A DNA stretch of 64,000 nucleotides, taken from the NCBI GenBank assembly GCA_029933125.1, contig JAOZOU010000001.1, positions 392,702 to 456,701 of the forward strand, given 5' to 3'. A program made the translations under genes and the position numbers. Shown here one piece after another: positions 1 to 9,547 of this stretch (positions within the stretch are counted from its first letter, which is position 1; each line of letters begins with the position of its first letter). Under the pieces are notes generated by a model, which was not told where the DNA came from, searched no databases, and worked only from the letters and a program-made list of their open reading frames with translations. Origin of the DNA: a bacterium. Lineage in GTDB: Bacteria > Arandabacterota > Arandabacteria > Arandabacterales > Arandabacteraceae.

Positions 1-241
1 AGATCCTCGGACTGGCAACTGGCATCGTGCCATAGCCAATTTCAAGTGAAGTGGGTGTCTCTGTGCCCTGGCGCGGCACAGATGCAGGAGCACGATTGGT
101 CTGGTAGAACAGATCCTGAAATTCTACCTTGCTTCGCTTGAAGCCCGTTGTATTTATATTAGCAAGGTTGTTTGCAATGTTATCGACATTGAGTTGCTGA
201 GCCAGCATTCCTGTTGCTGCTGTCTTGAGTGCCCTGATCAT
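1..241 (-). CDS. flgG: Flagellar distal rod protein FlgG (partial, runs off left edge; not in ORF track)
   Basis: Manual translation from ATG 241: [55 protein letters not shown] upstream; follows flgF. Confidence 0.92.
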   Translation of the reverse strand, partial: MIRALKTAATGMLAQQLNVDNIANNLANINTTGFKRSKVEFQDLFYQTNRAPASVPRQGTETPTSLEIGYGTMPVASPRI

Positions 242-253
242 CCATTACACCTC

Positions 254-961
254 CTACCTCTGCCCAATGCGACCTGCCTGCTCAATGAGTTGACGAGCGC
301 TTTGATCCTGTAGTTTTATGCTTCGCTGGGCTGTTTCAAAGTTGCGATGCAGATTTATCATCTCAACCATCTCATCGATGGGATTTACATTTGAGCGTTC
401 AAGTGCACCCTGGATTATCTCCGTCTCTTCAGGGTTGATAGGAATGGGGGGTTGCTTTCCTGCGGCAAAGCGATTGCCTTCCCTTAGAAGTCCTTGGGGA
501 TCTTCAAAGCGAACTATCCTTAGAGTTCCAACCTCATCACCATCAACATAGATCGTGCCATCTTTGCCTATAGTCACCTGCTGACCATCTATGGGGATGG
601 GACCGCCATTTCCGAGAACGGGTTCACCTGAGAGTGTTGTGAGAATACCCGATTGAGAAAGTGTGAATGCTCCACATCTGGTGTAGCGCTCACCATAAGG
701 AGTCTGTATGACGAAAAACCCTTCGCCGTTGATAGCAACATCAAGCGGGCGGTCAGTTTGCTCAATGGGACCCTGCTCGAAAGATGTATAGAGTCTTAAA
801 GTTGTGTTGGAAGCACTGACGCTTTCATTCAGGATAGCCTTGAAGGCACGCTGAGATTTGAATCCTGCAGTATTCACATTGGCAAGATTGTTGGCTATCA
901 ATTCCTGCCCGAGAATTCTTGCTTTCATATCATTTGCGAGTCGCTCGATACCACGAAGCAT
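254..961 (-). CDS. flgF: Flagellar proximal rod protein FlgF
   Basis: ANNLANVNTAGFK N-terminus, LDVAINGEGFF, YTRCG, LERSNVNPIDEMV; directly upstream of flgG. Confidence 0.88.
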   Translation of the reverse strand: MLRGIERLANDMKARILGQELIANNLANVNTAGFKSQRAFKAILNESVSASNTTLRLYTSFEQGPIEQTDRPLDVAINGEGFFVIQTPYGERYTRCGAFTLSQSGILTTLSGEPVLGNGGPIPIDGQQVTIGKDGTIYVDGDEVGTLRIVRFEDPQGLLREGNRFAAGKQPPIPINPEETEIIQGALERSNVNPIDEMVEMINLHRNFETAQRSIKLQDQSARQLIEQAGRIGQR

Positions 962-994
962 ACCAACCTCCGATTAGAGTCCGCCCGTAGTTAG

Positions 995-1010
995 AGCAAG
1001 ACGCTTGCCA
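995..1010 (-). promoter_or_regulatory. Sigma-54 (-24/-12) promoter for flgF-flgG
   Basis: Minus strand TGGCAAGCGTCTTGCT fits TGGCAC-N5-TTGCW with exact GG-N10-GC spacing, just upstream of the flgF ATG. Confidence 0.85.
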
Positions 1011-1122
1011 GAGGAGAGACAAAGTGGGAAATAATCTGAGTCCAGATTATCTCATGTTATACCAAGGAATTACGTCTCTATAGGCAGTACCAGGCGAGGG
1101 TAAAGGTTTAAGGATGCTCACC

Positions 1123-1143
1123 CGGGTGGGAAGTTTTTTCCGC
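1123..1143. promoter_or_regulatory. Candidate enhancer (activator-binding) element upstream of the flgF sigma-54 promoter
   Basis: CGGGTGGGAAGTTTTTTCCGC, nearly identical to CGGGTGGGACATTTCTTCCGC upstream of the flgB promoter. Confidence 0.65.
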
Positions 1144-1162
1144 CTACGGAGGTCATTGTTTC

Positions 1163-2050
1163 TCACTCAAGGGGCTTGGCTACTTCTTCGGCAGCGGCTT
1201 GGAGGAGCTCCTTGGATGATGTGATCATTGCTGGAAGCTCATCTGAAAGCTGCCTGAGCATCTTCACATCGGGAATGTAACTGCCTTCAGGCAGACCTTG
1301 GAATTCATGAATGTGCAATGTGGTAGCTCCTTCGAGGAGAAGTCGGGAGCACCTGTCGGCTGTTGAGACGATTCCTGCTGCAAGGCTGTTGGTGCCAGCT
1401 TCGAGTGGCTTGTGGTGATATCCAACCGCATCTATTATCTCTTCGGGGAGATTCCACCTGCGACAGATCTCCATTCCAACCGCGGCATGTGTGACCCCAA
1501 TGATTTCGCCTTCTGCTCTCATCACTCCAACGGATCTTATAAGGGCTAGCATCCTTTCCTTATCTTCATCTCTAAGGGCTAAATCGATCGCGACCTTCCC
1601 CACATCATGGAGCAAGCCACAGCTGAAAGCCATACTATAGATTTGCATACTCGCCTTTCGACTTATCATTTGAGAAGCATAGGCAGTTCCCACTGAATGC
1701 TCCCACAGGCGACCGGCGTCCAGACCGTAGGCCTCAACTGCCTTTGAAAGAATATTTGAAGCTGATGCTGAGATGAGCACGTTACGGACATTTGAATATC
1801 CCAGCAAGACCAGGGCTTCAGTAACATTATAGACACGCCGGGGCAATCCAAAGTAAGCCGAGTTGGCCATGCGAAGTACCTTACCGGCAAAACCCTGATC
1901 AAGTGAGACAACCTCGGCAACCTTTGTCAGCTGAATCCTGGGATCTCTCAACATCATAAGAACCTTTTGAACACATTTCGGGAAAGGAGGAATGTTTGAA
2001 GTAAACTTAGTAAGATCAACCTGTCTCTCATCCTCGCTGGGCTTCATCAC
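1163..2050 (-). CDS. HDOD domain signal-transduction protein
   Basis: IPPFP, LRMANSAYFG, LWEHS, GLLHDVGK, HAAVG..WNLP..AVGYHH. Confidence 0.9.
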   Translation of the reverse strand: MMKPSEDERQVDLTKFTSNIPPFPKCVQKVLMMLRDPRIQLTKVAEVVSLDQGFAGKVLRMANSAYFGLPRRVYNVTEALVLLGYSNVRNVLISASASNILSKAVEAYGLDAGRLWEHSVGTAYASQMISRKASMQIYSMAFSCGLLHDVGKVAIDLALRDEDKERMLALIRSVGVMRAEGEIIGVTHAAVGMEICRRWNLPEEIIDAVGYHHKPLEAGTNSLAAGIVSTADRCSRLLLEGATTLHIHEFQGLPEGSYIPDVKMLRQLSDELPAMITSSKELLQAAAEEVAKPLE

Positions 2051-2873
2051 TTTTGCTCCTCAACCAGGGTCTACGAACAATCTCCTCACCGCGAAGACTG
2101 AACTCAACTCCACCTGTCTCAACCTCATTCACGATCTGAGCAAAGCATATAGAGATCTCAACGGGCGGATGGCAAGTCTCACGGATGATTACTTTGCCAT
2201 CGTAATTGAGTGTTGCATGCTCCCTGAGTTTGATTATCTGCTCCCCTATTGTGATAACATCGCCATGAATGGCATTAGCTGCTGCTTCAAGATCCTTCAC
2301 TCTTTCGAGTCTATGGGAATCGGGCGATCCGGTTGAAAGCGACTTAAGATTCTTAAGGAGATCCAATCTCCTCCTGGTGAGCTCCATTGCCTCATGTTCA
2401 AGCTCCTCAATTCTCAACGCGATGACTGGATCAACTCCAGTCTCTATTCTTGTCATAACGGGGCGTTTGCTTCCAACCGTCACGGCATCTACCCTGCCAA
2501 GAGCGTGGATTTCACCTCCGACTATGCTTCCCTTGACAAGGACATCGCCCGAGGAGAAGATCATCCCGGAAAGTATTGAACGCTCAACTACAACGTTGCC
2601 TTTAGCTATTACTCGCTCCTTTTGAATGAAGCGACACTTAAGACTTCCATCGCAGATGATTCTGCCATTGCCACCTCCCAGGAAGCCACCATCTATGATC
2701 ACATCTCCCTTAGCCTCAATTGTAGCATCCTCGACATTGCCATAGATCGTAACATCACCTGCAACCTCGAGGGCAGCCCCCGATCTGACGCTTCCGAGCA
2801 CCTCGATGTTGCCATCATAGGTTAAGGGAACCGGCGTCCTTCTTATGTCTTCAGTTATGAGCCCCATCCTCAT
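2028..2873 (-). CDS. FapA/DUF342-family flagellar assembly protein (beta-helix part only)
   Basis: Repeated GxVxV beta-helix motifs (YDGNIEVLGSV, GDVTIYGNVEDATIEAKGDVII, GSIVGG) then a coiled coil. Start moved to ATG 2873 behind GGAG. Confidence 0.75.
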   Translation of the reverse strand: MRMGLITEDIRRTPVPLTYDGNIEVLGSVRSGAALEVAGDVTIYGNVEDATIEAKGDVIIDGGFLGGGNGRIICDGSLKCRFIQKERVIAKGNVVVERSILSGMIFSSGDVLVKGSIVGGEIHALGRVDAVTVGSKRPVMTRIETGVDPVIALRIEELEHEAMELTRRRLDLLKNLKSLSTGSPDSHRLERVKDLEAAANAIHGDVITIGEQIIKLREHATLNYDGKVIIRETCHPPVEISICFAQIVNEVETGGVEFSLRGEEIVRRPWLRSKSDEAQRG

Positions 2874-3279
2874 CTTCGAGCTCCTGCTTGATGGGATTAC
2901 TTGTTTCTTCTGAGCCCTTGCGTCTTCTAATCTGTTCTCGGAATGCATAGCGAAGTATCTTGCCCCGCTGGACTTCAGAGAGCTCAACGAACTTTATGCA
3001 CACCTCCTTACCCCCTTCACACCTTGAGACAACCCTTGCATATGCTCTTATCTCCTCGAGGGTGTCAGGTATGGCAAATCTCAAGCAAAGGACATCGCCT
3101 TCTTCAATCAAGCTATGAGCCTCCAACCTTGCCCCTCCTCCGCCAATCTCCACCATGCTGCTCCTTGTCCACTCTCCTTCAGGAACTGAACCATCACGAG
3201 ATATGTGTATGAATTCAACCGGCAGGGAAAGCCTTATCCTCAAGAATTCACGCCTATCTGGAATGATTTTATCTGTCAT
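2851..3279 (-). CDS. PilZ domain protein
   Basis: DRREFLR (RxxxR), EIGGGG, ARVV..CIKF. Confidence 0.8.
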   Translation of the reverse strand: MTDKIIPDRREFLRIRLSLPVEFIHISRDGSVPEGEWTRSSMVEIGGGGARLEAHSLIEEGDVLCLRFAIPDTLEEIRAYARVVSRCEGGKEVCIKFVELSEVQRGKILRYAFREQIRRRKGSEETSNPIKQELEDEDGAHN

Positions 3280-3283
3280 AGCA

Positions 3284-3487
3284 TTACGCCTCTAAGTCAA
3301 TTCGCTTTCCTAGGTCTTTCTCCTGCGTCTCGCTTTCTTCAGGCTTCCCCTCTTCCGCTGGAGCCCTCTTCGCACCATGATTGGTGTTGCGTCTTCTGCG
3401 GTCTTCCTGCCTCGGCTTCTCGACCTTTGCTATACCTTCGGGTCTTCCTATCATGAAAGGATTATCGTACTCAATCCTCGGTTCCAT
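3284..3487 (-). CDS. Small charged hypothetical protein in the flagellar operon
   Basis: Fills the fliA-PilZ gap; AGGTGA before ATG 3487; ends GKRIDLEA. Confidence 0.6.
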   Translation of the reverse strand: MEPRIEYDNPFMIGRPEGIAKVEKPRQEDRRRRNTNHGAKRAPAEEGKPEESETQEKDLGKRIDLEA

Positions 3488-3496
3488 AAGGATCAC

Positions 3497-4252
3497 CTAC
3501 TTCGATAGGTGTGTTCTCAGTCTTCCTCGCAGAAAAAGGATGGCTTTTGAATGTATCTGTGAAACCCTCGACTCACTTATTCCGAGAACTTCACCTATCT
3601 CCTTCATGCGAAGACCTTCGTAGTAGTAAAGGCCCAATATGCTCCTTTCAGTCTCAGGAAGCTCCTTAATGGCATCAGCCAGAACCTCTACCAATTCCTC
3701 TCTTTCGAGCTTGCTTAAAGGATCTGGCCAAGCACTAGCAGCGTCTTCCTGGGTTATGTCGATTGACAGATTGCCATTCTCGAGAAGCTCCTCAAGTGAG
3801 TAAAGATCAAGGCTACTCGACGTTGCAAGCAGATGGGAAATCTCGTTTACGTCCAGACCCGATCGCTCAGCGATCTCATGGTCCTCCGGATATCTGCCCA
3901 GCTCGCGCTCAAGCTCGCTGATAGCTCTGCCGACTTGCTTGACCTTGGCCCTTATCGAATAGGGAAGAAAATCCTGCTTTCTCAACTCATCAAAGATTGC
4001 TCCTCTTATCCTGTAGCGTGCATAGGTTTCAAGCTTTGCTCCCTTCGCAGGCTCATAATCATCAATTGCCTTTATGAGCCCAACGGTGCCAGCACTTATG
4101 AGGTCAGATATATCTACACTTCTGGGAAGAAGTTCTGCGATATCCTGGGCGATGCATCTAACAAGCCACAGATACTGCTTTACAATCTCGTCCCGATCGG
4201 CAAGAGCTGTGTTTTCCTTCACTGGAGTTCTTATGTGCTCATGATTTTTCAT
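3497..4252 (-). CDS. fliA: RNA polymerase sigma-28 factor FliA/WhiG
   Basis: DLISAGTVGLIKA, TYARYRIRGAIFDELR, LYYYEGL..KEIGEVLGISESRVSQIH. Confidence 0.95.
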   Translation of the reverse strand: MKNHEHIRTPVKENTALADRDEIVKQYLWLVRCIAQDIAELLPRSVDISDLISAGTVGLIKAIDDYEPAKGAKLETYARYRIRGAIFDELRKQDFLPYSIRAKVKQVGRAISELERELGRYPEDHEIAERSGLDVNEISHLLATSSSLDLYSLEELLENGNLSIDITQEDAASAWPDPLSKLEREELVEVLADAIKELPETERSILGLYYYEGLRMKEIGEVLGISESRVSQIHSKAILFLRGRLRTHLSK

Positions 4253-4261
4253 CCCGAATCC

Positions 4262-5329
4262 TCAGGCAACTTCATTCAAACCCTCAAATATCTTTTCGGC
4301 AATTACTTCATAGTCAGCAACAAAGATGCCATCGGTAGATCGTGCCCCTCCAGTCACATAGGTCAGGGGTACGGCACTCGATAGGGCAACCGAAAGAGCT
4401 CCGCCAATACGCGTTGCCTCATCCATCTTTGTAAGCACAAGCCCCATGTTGGGCGAACCAGGGATACATGAGACAAGGGCGAACATGTTCTGGGGATCCA
4501 TTGTTGCCTCGATGACCAGATTTAACCGCACTGAGTCAAGGGCCTTACTGAGATCAACAAGTGAACGCAGAAGGGTATCCTCAATCTTCGAAATGCCTGG
4601 CGTATCAACCAGGATTGTTGTTTTGGGATGCTTTTCGATCAATCTCTCAAGATGAGAGCATGAGTCGATATGATGAAACTTTGCCTTGAGATTCCTTGCC
4701 TCACGCTTAAGCCATATAATGTCTCGCGATGACTTCGGGCCGAGGAAGGCAACTATGGGTCTCGCCTTTCCTCTGGTTGCACAGCGTCTCGCAACCTTTA
4801 GAAGTGAAGTTGTCTTCCCTGAGCCTGAAGGTCCAACAAATATGGAGACACGTTCTGTTGGATTGACAATAGGTATGCCCTCAAGGATACTCCTCACAAA
4901 GCCTTGTTGGGATTGAGCTCTTGCGAGGTCTTCAAGTTTGATGCTGTCCCTTAAGAGCATAGGATCGAAGCCAGCCGTAAGAAGACCCCTCACAAATGAG
5001 TTTGAGCTATCAGGGCACAGATAGGCATCAGCTATTACCGATTCAACTATGTCCTGGAGACGCATCTCTATCTGCCTGAGCTCTGAAAGGATGTCGCGAT
5101 CAAGTTTCCTCATCTCAGTCAGGTTAGTTCGACTATTACTTGGCTTCGCAGAAACCTTTGCCATTTGTTCCACCTCCTCGCCCACTGCCGCAACGACTTC
5201 GACCAAATCAGCGCGACCCTTGACGCGGCGCCTCGCTGTCCCGAGAACTATAGCCTCAGGACCCATCTCACGCTTGATCTGAGTCAGAGCCTCCGGAATA
5301 GTTTGGGCTGAGAACTTCTTGATCTTCAT
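4262..5329 (-). CDS. flhF: SRP-family GTPase FlhF (divergent)
   Basis: MKIKKF..EAL..IK.EMGPEAIVL N-terminus, GPSGSGKTT, DTPG, TKMDE; follows flhA. Confidence 0.85.
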   Translation of the reverse strand: MKIKKFSAQTIPEALTQIKREMGPEAIVLGTARRRVKGRADLVEVVAAVGEEVEQMAKVSAKPSNSRTNLTEMRKLDRDILSELRQIEMRLQDIVESVIADAYLCPDSSNSFVRGLLTAGFDPMLLRDSIKLEDLARAQSQQGFVRSILEGIPIVNPTERVSIFVGPSGSGKTTSLLKVARRCATRGKARPIVAFLGPKSSRDIIWLKREARNLKAKFHHIDSCSHLERLIEKHPKTTILVDTPGISKIEDTLLRSLVDLSKALDSVRLNLVIEATMDPQNMFALVSCIPGSPNMGLVLTKMDEATRIGGALSVALSSAVPLTYVTGGARSTDGIFVADYEVIAEKIFEGLNEVA

Positions 5330-7388
5330 CGAATCTCACCATCCCTACTGAATGCACTTCACAGTCAGTTGTTATTTCACCAAACGAGATTACTGTTACC
5401 TTCGGCAGGCTACTTTCTATAAGACGCTTAAGCGCTAGTCTGACATTGGGAGAGCAGATGATGATCGGTCTGTGATTGCTTGCAAGCATGCTCCTCGAGA
5501 CTTTCTCGACAGCTTTGATAACTTGCTGAGCAGTCTGGGGTTCAAGTACGGCAGCTATACCACTCCGCGTTACTTGAATCGAATCAGCAACGATCTGCTC
5601 TATTTTAGGATCAACGGTGGCCGCATAAATGACACCGTCGCTGCTCTCACACATGTTACAAATTGTTCGCTGAAGCGAGGAGCGCACATATTCTGAAAGC
5701 ACATCTATGTCCTTGGTATGAGGAGCATAGTCAGCCAATGTTTCTATAATCGTTAGGGCGTCCTTGATCGGAATCTGTTCTCTGAGAAGGTTTTGCATCA
5801 CCCTGTGGACAGTGCCTAGGTTCACAGCCTGTGGGATCGCTTCTTCGATTGCTGCTGGATAATCCTTCTTGAGGGAATCGATGATATTCTGAACATCCTG
5901 TCTGCTTAGGATTTCGCTTGCATGAGCTTTTATCACCTCTGAAAGATGGGTGCCGAGAGCAACAGGTGCTTCGACGACTGTGAGCCCCATACCTTCAGCC
6001 TTGTCTTTCTCACGGGGGTGTATCCACTTTGCCATAAGGCCAAAGGCAGGATCACGCGTTTCCTCTCCTTCTATCTCATCAAGCATATCCTTTGTGCCAA
6101 TGACGAGGTACTTGCCTGGGTAAACTTCTCCTTTTGCAACCCTTGCTCCTTTGAGCCTTATCTCATATTCATACGGCCTGAGCTTGACATCATCCCTTAT
6201 TCGTATCGGGGGAACAACGAGCCCCATATCGACTGCTATCTGTCGTCTCAATCCCTTTATTCTTTCAAGGAAGTCACCACCTTCTGCCGGATCAACCATG
6301 GAGATGAGTCCATAGCCAATCGTCACCTCGAGGCGATCAACCTTGACGAGATCCTCAAGTGCTTCCTGCTTCTTTTCCTTCGGCTTAGGAGCTTCTTCCT
6401 TAGGCTCAACTGCTGTTTTCCTCGTCTTGTATCTGGCGTAGCCAGCGCTGGCAGCAACAGAGCCGAGCAGGAGAAATGGCACAGTTGGAAGACCAGGTAC
6501 AAATGCAAGTACTACAAGGGTTGCTCCCACTATCGCCAGCGGCTTATATCCTGAGAACAGCTGAGTACCAATGTCCACGCCAAGGTTCGACTGGGCAGCT
6601 GCTCTGCTCACAACTATTCCAGCGGATGTCGATACGATGAGAGCCGGAACCTGGGTGACAAGCCCATCACCTATGGTCAGTCGCGTGTATGTGCGAACAG
6701 CCTCGCCAAGAGGCATACCCTGCTGGAGAACTCCGATTGCCAGTCCGCCAATTATGTTTACGATATTGATGATGATGCCAGCAATTGCATCACCTCTTAC
6801 GAACTTGCTAGCTCCGTCCATCGCTCCATAGAAATCTGCCTCTCGGGTTATCTCAGCCCGTCTCCTCATCGCCTCCTTATCGTCGATGAGACCAGCATTG
6901 AGATCTGCATCAATACTCATTTGCTTACCCGGCATTGCATCGAGCGTAAATCTTGCGCTCACCTCGGCATTACGCTGAGTACCGCGCACAACAACCACAT
7001 ACTGAATAACTACAATGATTACGAAGATGACAAATCCAACCACATAGTTACCCTTTACAACAAAGGAGCCAAAAGCCGAGATAACTTCACCAGCATTTGC
7101 CTGTCCAAGAATGAGCCTGGTTGATGCCACATTGAGTGAGAGTCTGAAAAGGGTTACAACGAGCATGAGGCTCGGGAAGACAGAAAGCTCAAGGGGAGCC
7201 GTCACATAGATGGCAGTGAGAAGTAAGACAAGCGAGAATGCAATATTGAAGGATAGAAGGACGTCAAGCAGGAAAGTTGGAAGAGGCACTATCATGATGC
7301 CAATGATTGAGATTACGCAGATGGCAAAAACAACATCACCATGCCTCAGCAATCCATTTTGTGGTCCCAAAGTCATTGGTGTCGCCAC
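5268..7388 (-). CDS. flhA: Flagellar export protein FlhA
   Basis: AEVSARFTLDAMPGKQMSIDADL, FYGAMDGASKFVRGDAIA. Confidence 0.98.
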   Translation of the reverse strand: MATPMTLGPQNGLLRHGDVVFAICVISIIGIMIVPLPTFLLDVLLSFNIAFSLVLLLTAIYVTAPLELSVFPSLMLVVTLFRLSLNVASTRLILGQANAGEVISAFGSFVVKGNYVVGFVIFVIIVVIQYVVVVRGTQRNAEVSARFTLDAMPGKQMSIDADLNAGLIDDKEAMRRRAEITREADFYGAMDGASKFVRGDAIAGIIINIVNIIGGLAIGVLQQGMPLGEAVRTYTRLTIGDGLVTQVPALIVSTSAGIVVSRAAAQSNLGVDIGTQLFSGYKPLAIVGATLVVLAFVPGLPTVPFLLLGSVAASAGYARYKTRKTAVEPKEEAPKPKEKKQEALEDLVKVDRLEVTIGYGLISMVDPAEGGDFLERIKGLRRQIAVDMGLVVPPIRIRDDVKLRPYEYEIRLKGARVAKGEVYPGKYLVIGTKDMLDEIEGEETRDPAFGLMAKWIHPREKDKAEGMGLTVVEAPVALGTHLSEVIKAHASEILSRQDVQNIIDSLKKDYPAAIEEAIPQAVNLGTVHRVMQNLLREQIPIKDALTIIETLADYAPHTKDIDVLSEYVRSSLQRTICNMCESSDGVIYAATVDPKIEQIVADSIQVTRSGIAAVLEPQTAQQVIKAVEKVSRSMLASNHRPIIICSPNVRLALKRLIESSLPKVTVISFGEITTDCEVHSVGMVRFDEDQEVLSPNYSGGSDSDQA

Positions 7389-8483
7389 TTAACCTTCTCC
7401 CTTTGTTTGGGTTCCGATTACCGAATCAACTTTGTTCTTGAGTCTGTAAACATAGCTCAGCACTTCAGCTACTGCTCGATAGAGACTTTCGGGTATCTCA
7501 GCACCAACCTCAACAAGCTCATAGAGACTATGGGCAAGAGCTCTGTTCTCATAGATTGGGATACCATGCTTAATTGCAATTTCCTTTATCTTTTCGGCAA
7601 TCAGGCGCTTGCCCTTCGCAACGACCATTGGCGCATTCATGGTTTCGCCATCGTATTTGAGAGCTACAGCAATGTGAACCGGATTGGTGACAACGACGTC
7701 AGCCGTAGGCACTGCATTCATCATCCTCCGCCTTGCAAGCTCTTTCTGTGCCGCCCTTATTCGGCTCTTTATGAGGGGACTTCCTTCGAGTTCCTTGTAT
7801 TCTTCCTTAAGCTCGTGTTTGGTCATCATGAGACTTTTAGTGTGCTGGCGGCGCTGATAGGCGTAATCCGCCATGCCAAGAATAGCCAAGATCAAACCGG
7901 CTTTAAGGCTAGCAACGAATGCCTGCTTGGCAAGAAAGCCAATTGTATCTCCGATGCCACAGTCACCGAGGGAGAGATACCCATTTATCCCATTCTTTAT
8001 GGAATGGTAGAAAACCAATCCAACGAGAAGGGCTTTGGCTGAGTTTATTGCAACCATAACAAGGGATCTCATGGAGAAAAGGCGCTTGAAGCCGGAGATA
8101 GGATTTATTTTTTCGAGCGATGGTGTTATGGGCTCGGTTGAGACAAGGAAACCAACCTGCATGAAATTAGCCGCAAGCGCTATTGAAACGATCACCAGCA
8201 TAAACGGAGCGAGAATCCTTATGCCACCCACTATGGTTTCAATGGCAATCAATCGCACATCATCAGCGCTTTCAATAAGAGGAATGCTTGAAAAGCTCTT
8301 GATTGTAAATTCCGAAGCCGCACGTGTTATCCAGGGGAGAAGCAGCTTGAGAGCTACTATCCCACCAATAACGACTGCAGCCGATGTGAGCTCTGTACTT
8401 CTTGCAACCTTTCCTTTCTCTCGCGCTTTTTCGCGTTTGCGATGAGTTGGTTGCTCAGTTCTTTGTTCCTGCGATTCCTCCAT
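7389..8483 (-). CDS. flhB: Flagellar export protein FlhB
   Basis: TEQPT..KR.KAR.KG, EGSP, VVTNPVH (NPxH autocleavage site), AVAEVL. Confidence 0.97.
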   Translation of the reverse strand: MEESQEQRTEQPTHRKREKAREKGKVARSTELTSAAVVIGGIVALKLLLPWITRAASEFTIKSFSSIPLIESADDVRLIAIETIVGGIRILAPFMLVIVSIALAANFMQVGFLVSTEPITPSLEKINPISGFKRLFSMRSLVMVAINSAKALLVGLVFYHSIKNGINGYLSLGDCGIGDTIGFLAKQAFVASLKAGLILAILGMADYAYQRRQHTKSLMMTKHELKEEYKELEGSPLIKSRIRAAQKELARRRMMNAVPTADVVVTNPVHIAVALKYDGETMNAPMVVAKGKRLIAEKIKEIAIKHGIPIYENRALAHSLYELVEVGAEIPESLYRAVAEVLSYVYRLKNKVDSVIGTQTKGEG

Positions 8484-8487
8484 TTAT

Positions 8488-9264
8488 TTAGCCGCCTCCT
8501 ATGGCAGTCAGTATGTTCTTAAGATCTGCGTTTGTCCCAAGGATTCCCTTGGCAAGCACATATGCAAAGTAGGGGATTGAGATTGCAAGCATTGCCAGCC
8601 CCATGCTTATCTTCAGAGGAAAACCAACAACAAAGATGTTCATCTGAGGAACTGTCTTGGCAAGCAAGGCAAGTCCAACCTCAACCATGAAAATCGCACT
8701 AAGTACTGGCATCGCAACCCTTACAGCTAGCGTGAATATCCCTGCTGTTGCGAGTATAAGCTGTTTTGCTCCCTCACCACTCAGCGCTGTTACCGAGGGG
8801 GGAACCAGACTATAGCTGGCTCTGAAACTACTGAGCATTATGTGGTGTCCGTTCATAGCAAGGAAGAGCACAATCGCAAGTAAGCCTTGAAATCTTCCAA
8901 TGACTGAGACATCTGTTCTCGAAATGGGATCGAACAGCGTCGAAGAAGCAAATCCCATCTGGAGCCCCACAACGTGGCCTGCGAATTGGACTCCGTGGAG
9001 AAAGAAGTTGCAGACAAAGCCTATCATCAACCCGATGAGAACCTCTCTGATTCCTAGAAGCATGTAGGTGAAACTTGGAAATTGTGGAAGTCTGGCATTT
9101 GAACTTAGAAGTGGCATCAGAGCAAATGCAAATATAAGCGAAACCCAAACCTTCACAATCTTTGGCAGAAATTGCGAGCCAAAGACAGGTGCAACAAAGA
9201 CGAATCCACTTACTCTGAGAAAACAGAGTAAGAGCAGTTCAGGCTTTATGGTTGCTAGCTCCAT
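8488..9264 (-). CDS. fliR: Flagellar export protein FliR
   Basis: RVSG..APVFG, QMGF, PQMNIFVVGFPLK. Confidence 0.96.
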   Translation of the reverse strand: MELATIKPELLLLCFLRVSGFVFVAPVFGSQFLPKIVKVWVSLIFAFALMPLLSSNARLPQFPSFTYMLLGIREVLIGLMIGFVCNFFLHGVQFAGHVVGLQMGFASSTLFDPISRTDVSVIGRFQGLLAIVLFLAMNGHHIMLSSFRASYSLVPPSVTALSGEGAKQLILATAGIFTLAVRVAMPVLSAIFMVEVGLALLAKTVPQMNIFVVGFPLKISMGLAMLAISIPYFAYVLAKGILGTNADLKNILTAIGGG

Positions 9265-9267
9265 CGC

Positions 9268-9537
9268 TTATCTTCCTGCGGTTATCATCTTCTCAAATGC
9301 TAGAAGTGAAAATCCTGTCAGCCTTGAGATTATCCATGGCATAAAGAGTACAAGAGCTACCGCAACTGCAACGATCTTGGGAATGAATGTCAGAGTCATT
9401 TCGTGAATCTGGGTAACCGCCTGTATGAGCCCGATGATAAGTCCAGTCAAGAGGCCAAAGAGCAGCATAGGCCCTGCAACTGAAAGACAGGTAAACACAG
9501 CCTGCTTGGCTATTTCCTGACAAAGCTCTTGCGTCAT
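9268..9537 (-). CDS. fliQ: Flagellar export protein FliQ
   Basis: QAVTQIHEMTLTFIPK; start reassigned to ATG 9537 behind GGAGG. Confidence 0.96.
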   Translation of the reverse strand: MTQELCQEIAKQAVFTCLSVAGPMLLFGLLTGLIIGLIQAVTQIHEMTLTFIPKIVAVAVALVLFMPWIISRLTGFSLLAFEKMITAGR

Positions 9538-9547
9538 TGCTGACCTC

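Noticed and set aside
3284..3499. fliA TAG stop directly followed in frame by the next ORF (possible readthrough or pyrrolysine)
   Set aside because: FliA is complete at the stop, the downstream ORF has its own SD and ATG, and no conserved residue maps to the TAG.
7380..7395. flhB stop in frame and adjacent to the flhA GTG (possible fusion)
   Set aside because: The stop is TAA, both proteins are full length, and an SD lies in the flhB tail; this is ordinary coupling.
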